A stretch of DNA of 64,000 nucleotides, from assembly GCA_963736285.1 (NCBI GenBank), contig CAVTOA010000003.1:925558-989557 (forward strand). Reading direction: 5' to 3'. Of the stretch, positions 59,588-64,000 are shown in pieces. A program made the position numbers and the translations under genes. The stretch comes from an uncultured Acidimicrobiales bacterium. GTDB taxonomy: Bacteria > Actinomycetota > Actinomycetes > Mycobacteriales > QHCE01. Every line of letters starts with the position of its first letter. The first letter of the stretch is position 1. The notes beneath the pieces are model-generated. The model had not been told where the DNA came from and did not search any database. It saw nothing but the letters and a program-made list of their open reading frames with translations.

Positions 59588-60667
59588 GTGGACACCGCAG
59601 CCTCGTATTCATCGATCTCGTCCGAGACGGGGTCTTCCGGCCTCAGTAGCATTTGTCCCGGTTTGCCGGGGGACAGGCGCGGACCTTCTGGGAGCTTTCC
59701 CACGGTTCGTCCTCGACGATTGCGCCGAACCGAGCCATTGCGGCGGCTCGTTGCGGAGACTCGGCTGCACCCAGCTGAGCTGGTGTTGCCTCTCTTTATT
59801 AAAGAAGGCCTGACCGAGCCACGGGACATCTCGAGCCTGCCCGGTGTGCAACAGCACAGCATGGATTCATTGCGACGGGCAGCAGCCGAGGCGGTCGCGG
59901 CCGGTGTCGGGGGCCTCATGCTTTTCGGTGTTCCGGCAGAGCGCGATGCGGTCGGCAGCGCGGGCACAGACACTCATGGGGTGTTGCAGCGCGCCATCGC
60001 GGGCGTGGTGCAGGAGGTAGGCGCGGATACGGTCGTCATGAGCGACCTGTGCCTCGACGAATTTACCGACCACAGTCACTGCGGCGTCCTTACTAAGACC
60101 GGCGAGGTCGACAACGACGCGACCCTGCTGCGCTATGCCGAAATGGCAGTAATCCAAGCCGATGCTGGGGCGCACGTGGTGGGCACCTCCGGAATGATGG
60201 ACGGCCAGGTTGGGGTAGTGCGGGCAGCTCTCGATGCCGCAGGCCACACCGACACGGTCGTCCTTGCTTATGCCGCCAAATATGCCTCGGGGTGCTACGG
60301 GCCATTCCGTGAAGCAGTCGAGTCGACATTGCAGGGCGACCGCAAGACCTATCAGCAGGACCCCCCCAACGCGCGGGAGGCGCTACGCGAGGTTGCGTTG
60401 GATCTCGCCGAGGGCGCTGACATCGTCATGATCAAGCCAGCATTGCCCTATTTGGACATTGTCCGGACCGTCGCTGATGCGGTGGACGTGCCGGTCGCCG
60501 CGTATCACGTGTCTGGCGAATACGCGATGGTGGAGGCGGCCGCAGCCAACGGCTGGATCGACCGCGACTGGGTCATTGACGAGTCGCTCACCAGCATCAA
60601 ACGCGCCGGCGCCAACATCATCCTCACTTACTGGGCTACTGAGGTTGCTCAACGACTGAACGGCTAA
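59588..60667 (+). CDS. hemB: porphobilinogen synthase (ALA dehydratase)
   Basis: [16 protein letters not shown]-terminus, [10 protein letters not shown] and YHVSGEYAM active-site regions. GTG 59588 after AAGGTGAG. C7 run at 60361-60367. Confidence 0.9.
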   Translation: MDTAASYSSISSETGSSGLSSICPGLPGDRRGPSGSFPTVRPRRLRRTEPLRRLVAETRLHPAELVLPLFIKEGLTEPRDISSLPGVQQHSMDSLRRAAAEAVAAGVGGLMLFGVPAERDAVGSAGTDTHGVLQRAIAGVVQEVGADTVVMSDLCLDEFTDHSHCGVLTKTGEVDNDATLLRYAEMAVIQADAGAHVVGTSGMMDGQVGVVRAALDAAGHTDTVVLAYAAKYASGCYGPFREAVESTLQGDRKTYQQDPPNAREALREVALDLAEGADIVMIKPALPYLDIVRTVADAVDVPVAAYHVSGEYAMVEAAAANGWIDRDWVIDESLTSIKRAGANIILTYWATEVAQRLNG

Positions 60668-60676
60668 CGCGGAGCA

Positions 60677-61985
60677 ATGGCTATCACCGACACTTCTCAC
60701 GACGCTTCTCAGCAGTGGTTCTCTCGGGCACAAGAGGTCATTCCGGGCGGAGTGAACTCGCCCGTGCGGGCGTTCGGCGCGGTCGGCGGCGTTCCCCGGT
60801 TTTTCGCCCGCGGCGAGGGACCCTATCTGTTTGATGTGGACGGTCACCGTTACGTCGACCTCGTCTGCTCCTGGGGTCCGCTGATACTGGGGCATGCGTA
60901 CCCCGCGGTGGTAACCGCATTGCTCGAAGCCGCAGTTCGTGGCACATCTTTTGGTGCTCCTAGCCCAGCCGAGGTAGAGCTGGCGGAAGAGATACAGCGC
61001 CGAGTCGCCCCCGTCGAGCAGGTTCGGTTGGTCGAACTCTGGCACCGAGGCAACGATGAGCGCTATTCGATTGGCGCGGGGTTTCACAGGTCGCAGCAGG
61101 GTAGTGAAGTTCGCGGGTTGTTACCACGGACATGTCGACGCGCTATTAGCCAATGCTGGCTCAGGAGTGCTCACCTTCGGCTTGCCAGACTCGCCAGGTG
61201 TAACCCGTGCGACCGCCGCCGAGACTCTGGTGTTGCCCTACAACGACATCGACGCGGTGCACGCGGCCTTCGCCGAGCACGGTGACGACATCGCTTGTGT
61301 CATCACCGAAGCGGTGCCGGCAAACATGGGTGTGGTGCCGCCACTGCCGGGCTTCAACCAGGCACTACGCGATATCTGCCATGCCCACGGCGCACTGTTC
61401 ATTGTGGACGAAGTCCTCACCGGTTTCCGACTGTCGCCGGCTGGCTGGTTCGGCGTCGAAGGTGTGGCCGGCGACCTCTTTACCTTTGGAAAAGTAATGG
61501 GCGGTGGGTTGCCCGCCGCCGCTTTCGGTGGCCGGGCAGACGTAATGGCGCAGCTCGCTCCCGCCGGTCCGGTGTATCAAGCAGGCACGCTGTCCGGAAA
61601 CCCGCTGGCCTGTGCTGCCGGGCTGGCCACGTTGCAGCAGGCGACGCCCGCCGTCTACGACAAGCTCGACAACGCCGCCGATGTGCTGGTCACAGGGGTG
61701 GCTCGCGCGTTGGCGGAGGCGGGGGTGGCGCACCATATCCCTCGGGCCGGCAATCTCTTCAGCGTTTTCTTCGGCGACAACGGCCAACACGATGCCCCTC
61801 GATTCGCCGCTTTCTTCCATGCCATGCTGGACCAAGGCGTCTACCTGCCCCCGAGCGGTTTCGAAGCCTGGTTTGTGTCCGCCGCCCACGATGACGAAGC
61901 ACTGGAACACATTCTTGCGGCATTGCCGCGGGCTGCCCGAGCTGCGGCAGCGGTAGAGGCAGAGCCATCGGCGGCTACCTCGTAG
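60677..61985 (+). pseudogene. hemL: glutamate-1-semialdehyde 2,1-aminomutase with apparent +1 frameshift
   Basis: [10 protein letters not shown] in frame 1 up to ...VEQVRLV. The next frame reads [33 protein letters not shown] ... FGKVMGGG. There is one extra base near 61034. Confidence 0.8.
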
Positions 61986-62033
61986 CACGCGGTAGAACAG
62001 CTCATAGAACGAAGCCTTCGTGATGAGGAGATC

Positions 62034-62690
62034 ATGAGTCAACCGGTTCGCACAGTTGTCCACGTGATCCGTCATGGCGAAGTGCACAACCCGAACGGCA
62101 TTTTGTACGGCACCGCGCCCGGTTTTGTCCTGTCTGCTCGCGGTGAACAGATGGCATCTGCGGCAGCGAACTATCTAGCTGGATGCGACATCCAAGCAGT
62201 GGTGGCGAGCCCACTGGAACGAGCCCAACAGACCGCCTACCCCGTGGCGTCACAACAGGGCTTGCCGATCGCCACAGACGAACGACTCATCGAAGCATGG
62301 AATTTCTTTGCCGGGCGCACGGTCACCCGCAGCGACCTGTACCGGCATTTCTACAAGCTGTACAACCCATTCCGGCCCTCATGGGGCGAGCCTTACCGTC
62401 ATATCGCGGCCCGGATGACGGCAGCGGTCGCCAACCTGCGCCGCCATGCGGCAGGCCGGGAGGCAGTGGTCGTGAGCCATCAGCTTCCTATATGGACGCT
62501 GCGGCTATCGCTACAAGGCAGGCGGCTGTGGCACGATCCGCGAAACCGAGAATGCGCCCTCGGCAGCATTACCTCGCTCCGGTTCGACGACGACAAACTG
62601 GCGTGGGTCGACTACCACGTTCCCGCGCCGGAGTTGGTAGCCGCGGCGCTAGCCGAGGACCAAGAAAAGAAACGCCTGGTGAAACGATGA
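62034..62690 (+). CDS. histidine phosphatase family protein (Rv0525-like)
   Basis: VIRHGEVHNP RHG motif; 218 aa. Confidence 0.8.
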   Translation: MSQPVRTVVHVIRHGEVHNPNGILYGTAPGFVLSARGEQMASAAANYLAGCDIQAVVASPLERAQQTAYPVASQQGLPIATDERLIEAWNFFAGRTVTRSDLYRHFYKLYNPFRPSWGEPYRHIAARMTAAVANLRRHAAGREAVVVSHQLPIWTLRLSLQGRRLWHDPRNRECALGSITSLRFDDDKLAWVDYHVPAPELVAAALAEDQEKKRLVKR

Positions 62691-62844
62691 CTTCACAATT
62701 TTTATCCCCTCTTATCGGCACGCTCGTCGAGCTTCCCGCTGGAACATTTCTCCGCGGCTTGCGTACCCTCGTACGCGGCGCCTTGTTCGAAATGTCCCAG
62801 CAGAACCCTCGCCTTCAAAGCCGAACGGCCTCACGAAAGGTGCG

Positions 62845-63420
62845 ATGAAGAGGTCTTGGCTTGCTGGTTTGGTGGCGGTGTTGGTTTTTGCTGGTGGGTG
62901 TAGCGCGGGTTCGGACTCAGTGGACCAACAAGCGGGTGGCGAAAATCGCTATGTGGCCGGCGACGGCACGGTGTCCCGGTATTCAGTGGGGAAGCGCCCT
63001 GCGGCGCCACAAGTCTCTGGCTCCCTATTGGACGGAAAGAAGTTTGATTTAGCCAAATACCGCGGCAAGGTAGTGGTGTTCAACTTTTGGGGAGAATGGT
63101 GCGCACCCTGCCGAGCTGAGGCGCACAATCTCGAACAGGTTTACACAGCGACTAAAGACAGCGGAGTGCGGTTCATCGGTGTGAATGTGCGCGATTCCCG
63201 AGATCGAGCCAAAGCATTCGAACACTCCTACGGCATTACTTATCCGAGTATTTTCGATCCCGACGGTCGGGTAGCGCTTACCTTTCGAAAGACCCCGCCT
63301 AATTCAATTCCGTCGACCATCGTGATTGACCGAAAAGGTCGAGTCGCCGCAGTGTTCCGCAAAGCTCTTCTTACGGAAGATTTGCAGCCAGTAGTGGAGC
63401 AGGTCACCAAAGAAAAATAA
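62845..63420 (+). CDS. TlpA/ResA-family thiol-disulfide oxidoreductase lipoprotein (Rv0526-like)
   Basis: Lipobox FAGGC after a signal peptide; WGEWCAPCRAE thioredoxin motif. Confidence 0.85.
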   Translation: MKRSWLAGLVAVLVFAGGCSAGSDSVDQQAGGENRYVAGDGTVSRYSVGKRPAAPQVSGSLLDGKKFDLAKYRGKVVVFNFWGEWCAPCRAEAHNLEQVYTATKDSGVRFIGVNVRDSRDRAKAFEHSYGITYPSIFDPDGRVALTFRKTPPNSIPSTIVIDRKGRVAAVFRKALLTEDLQPVVEQVTKEK

Positions 63421-63427
63421 AACTTGT

Positions 63428-63697
63428 TTAGATGTCCCGCCAAGGTGATTCCGTTTCCGCGCGGGCTGCGGCGGTGACCTCCGTCGCGGAGACTTTAGCT
63501 CGTTCAGGGCGATTGGCTGCCCGCTGCAACACCTCGGCAACCGTGAGTCGAATGCCTTGTTGAACAATGACATCCATTTCTTCTGCACTAGTGGCGTCAC
63601 CATCAGAAATGGGTTTTTTGACTTCGGCTAGCCGGCGTTGATCTTTGAAATTGAGGAGAAGTAACAACGTTTCGATCACCGTTGCCATGCTAACCAT
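63428..63697 (-). CDS. hypothetical small protein
   Basis: ORF 63428-63769 trimmed to ATG 63697, because the longer version runs into the palindrome. No recognisable family. Confidence 0.25.
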   Translation of the reverse strand: MVSMATVIETLLLLLNFKDQRRLAEVKKPISDGDATSAEEMDVIVQQGIRLTVAEVLQRAANRPERAKVSATEVTAAARAETESPWRDI

Positions 63698-63701
63698 TTT
63701 G

Positions 63702-63757
63702 TTTTTTGCGGATTGCCCGCAAATTTTGCGGCAAAAATTGCGGGCAATCCGCAAAAA
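63702..63757. repeat. nested near-perfect palindrome, family copy 2
   Basis: TTTTTTGCGGATTGCCCGCAAATTTTGCGGCAAAAATTGCGGGCAATCCGCAAAAA: one mismatch from perfect symmetry. Same 17-nt arm as 40137-40153. Confidence 0.95.
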
Positions 63758-64000
63758 GCGGGCAGGCACCCTGGGGTGAGGGCCAGCGAGAGTTCGTTGA
63801 CTCGACGAACCCGCAGCTCAGACGTGCATACGACCGGTACGTTGGTGGAGGTGCTTCTCTGAAGCATAGGATTCTGTTACCGACAATTGGTTGCGCATGA
63901 TGGCGGCTCAGCGAAGTTAGCGGGGGTTGAGGTGTCCTCGGGTGCGTCGGGTGGTGGCGCAGCGGGTGCGTAGTCGTTGGTTGACGGGGTTGCGGAAACC

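Noticed and set aside
59430-59973. N-terminal ~180 aa of the 1120-aa minus-strand ORF 56611-59973
   Set aside because: This part is antisense to the 5' end of hemB and has Arg/Pro-rich shadow-frame composition. The kinase gene is better explained by a start at GTG 59429 in the neighbouring frame (signal-peptide-like sequence).
1-64000. Search for CRISPR arrays, rRNA, IS elements, integrases and phage genes
   Set aside because: No regularly spaced repeats, no rRNA-like conserved blocks, and no DDE/tyrosine-recombinase-like ORFs were seen in the six-frame track. The islets therefore lack an identifiable mobility gene.

Overview
64-kb chromosomal window from a moderately high-GC (about 60% by eye) mycothiol-producing actinobacterium. 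It holds roughly 70 protein-coding genes or pseudogenes. I found no rRNA, tRNA, CRISPR array, transposase or integrase. The backbone is housekeeping: purine genes (purS-purQ-purL ... purF-purM), PrsW protease, DinG-like helicase, DUF47/Pit phosphate transport, mshD, glnR, LmeA-like, DsrE-like and FABP/nitrobindin-like genes, YgfZ, an XRE regulator/HbhA-like/DUF2516 triad, murB, mshA, gpmA, proC, bS22, an ECF sigma/anti-sigma pair, heme genes hemA-hemC-cysG/hemD ... hemB-hemL, and a TlpA-like oxidoreductase. Gene order parallels two M. tuberculosis H37Rv blocks as I recall them (Rv0803-Rv0819, then Rv0474-Rv0526). The source is therefore probably a Mycobacteriales member with a more compact genome (inference). 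Points worth a second look: (1) Apparent frameshifts in hemC, cysG/hemD (two) and hemL, an internally deleted SDR gene, a frameshifted Rv0495c-like gene and a twice-frameshifted Ser/Thr kinase. These are either genuine gene decay (possible heme auxotrophy) or local assembly error. (2) The kinase has an unusual signal peptide / ectodomain / 3 TM / kinase / TM / ectodomain layout and sits with a VapBC pair as an insertion inside the hem cluster. (3) A partial graspetide-type RiPP locus lies at the left edge. (4) A TacA/TacT cassette is bracketed by a 90-bp, 93% direct repeat that duplicates the 3' end of the ybjN-like gene, and it heads a ~7-kb accessory islet. (5) There are long perfect or near-perfect palindromes, including a two-copy nested-palindrome family. 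(6) A low-GC islet carries two small membrane/secreted ORFs. (7) A C8 homopolymer lies inside the sigma-factor gene. All functional calls rest on motif recognition and remembered family features; no database search was run.
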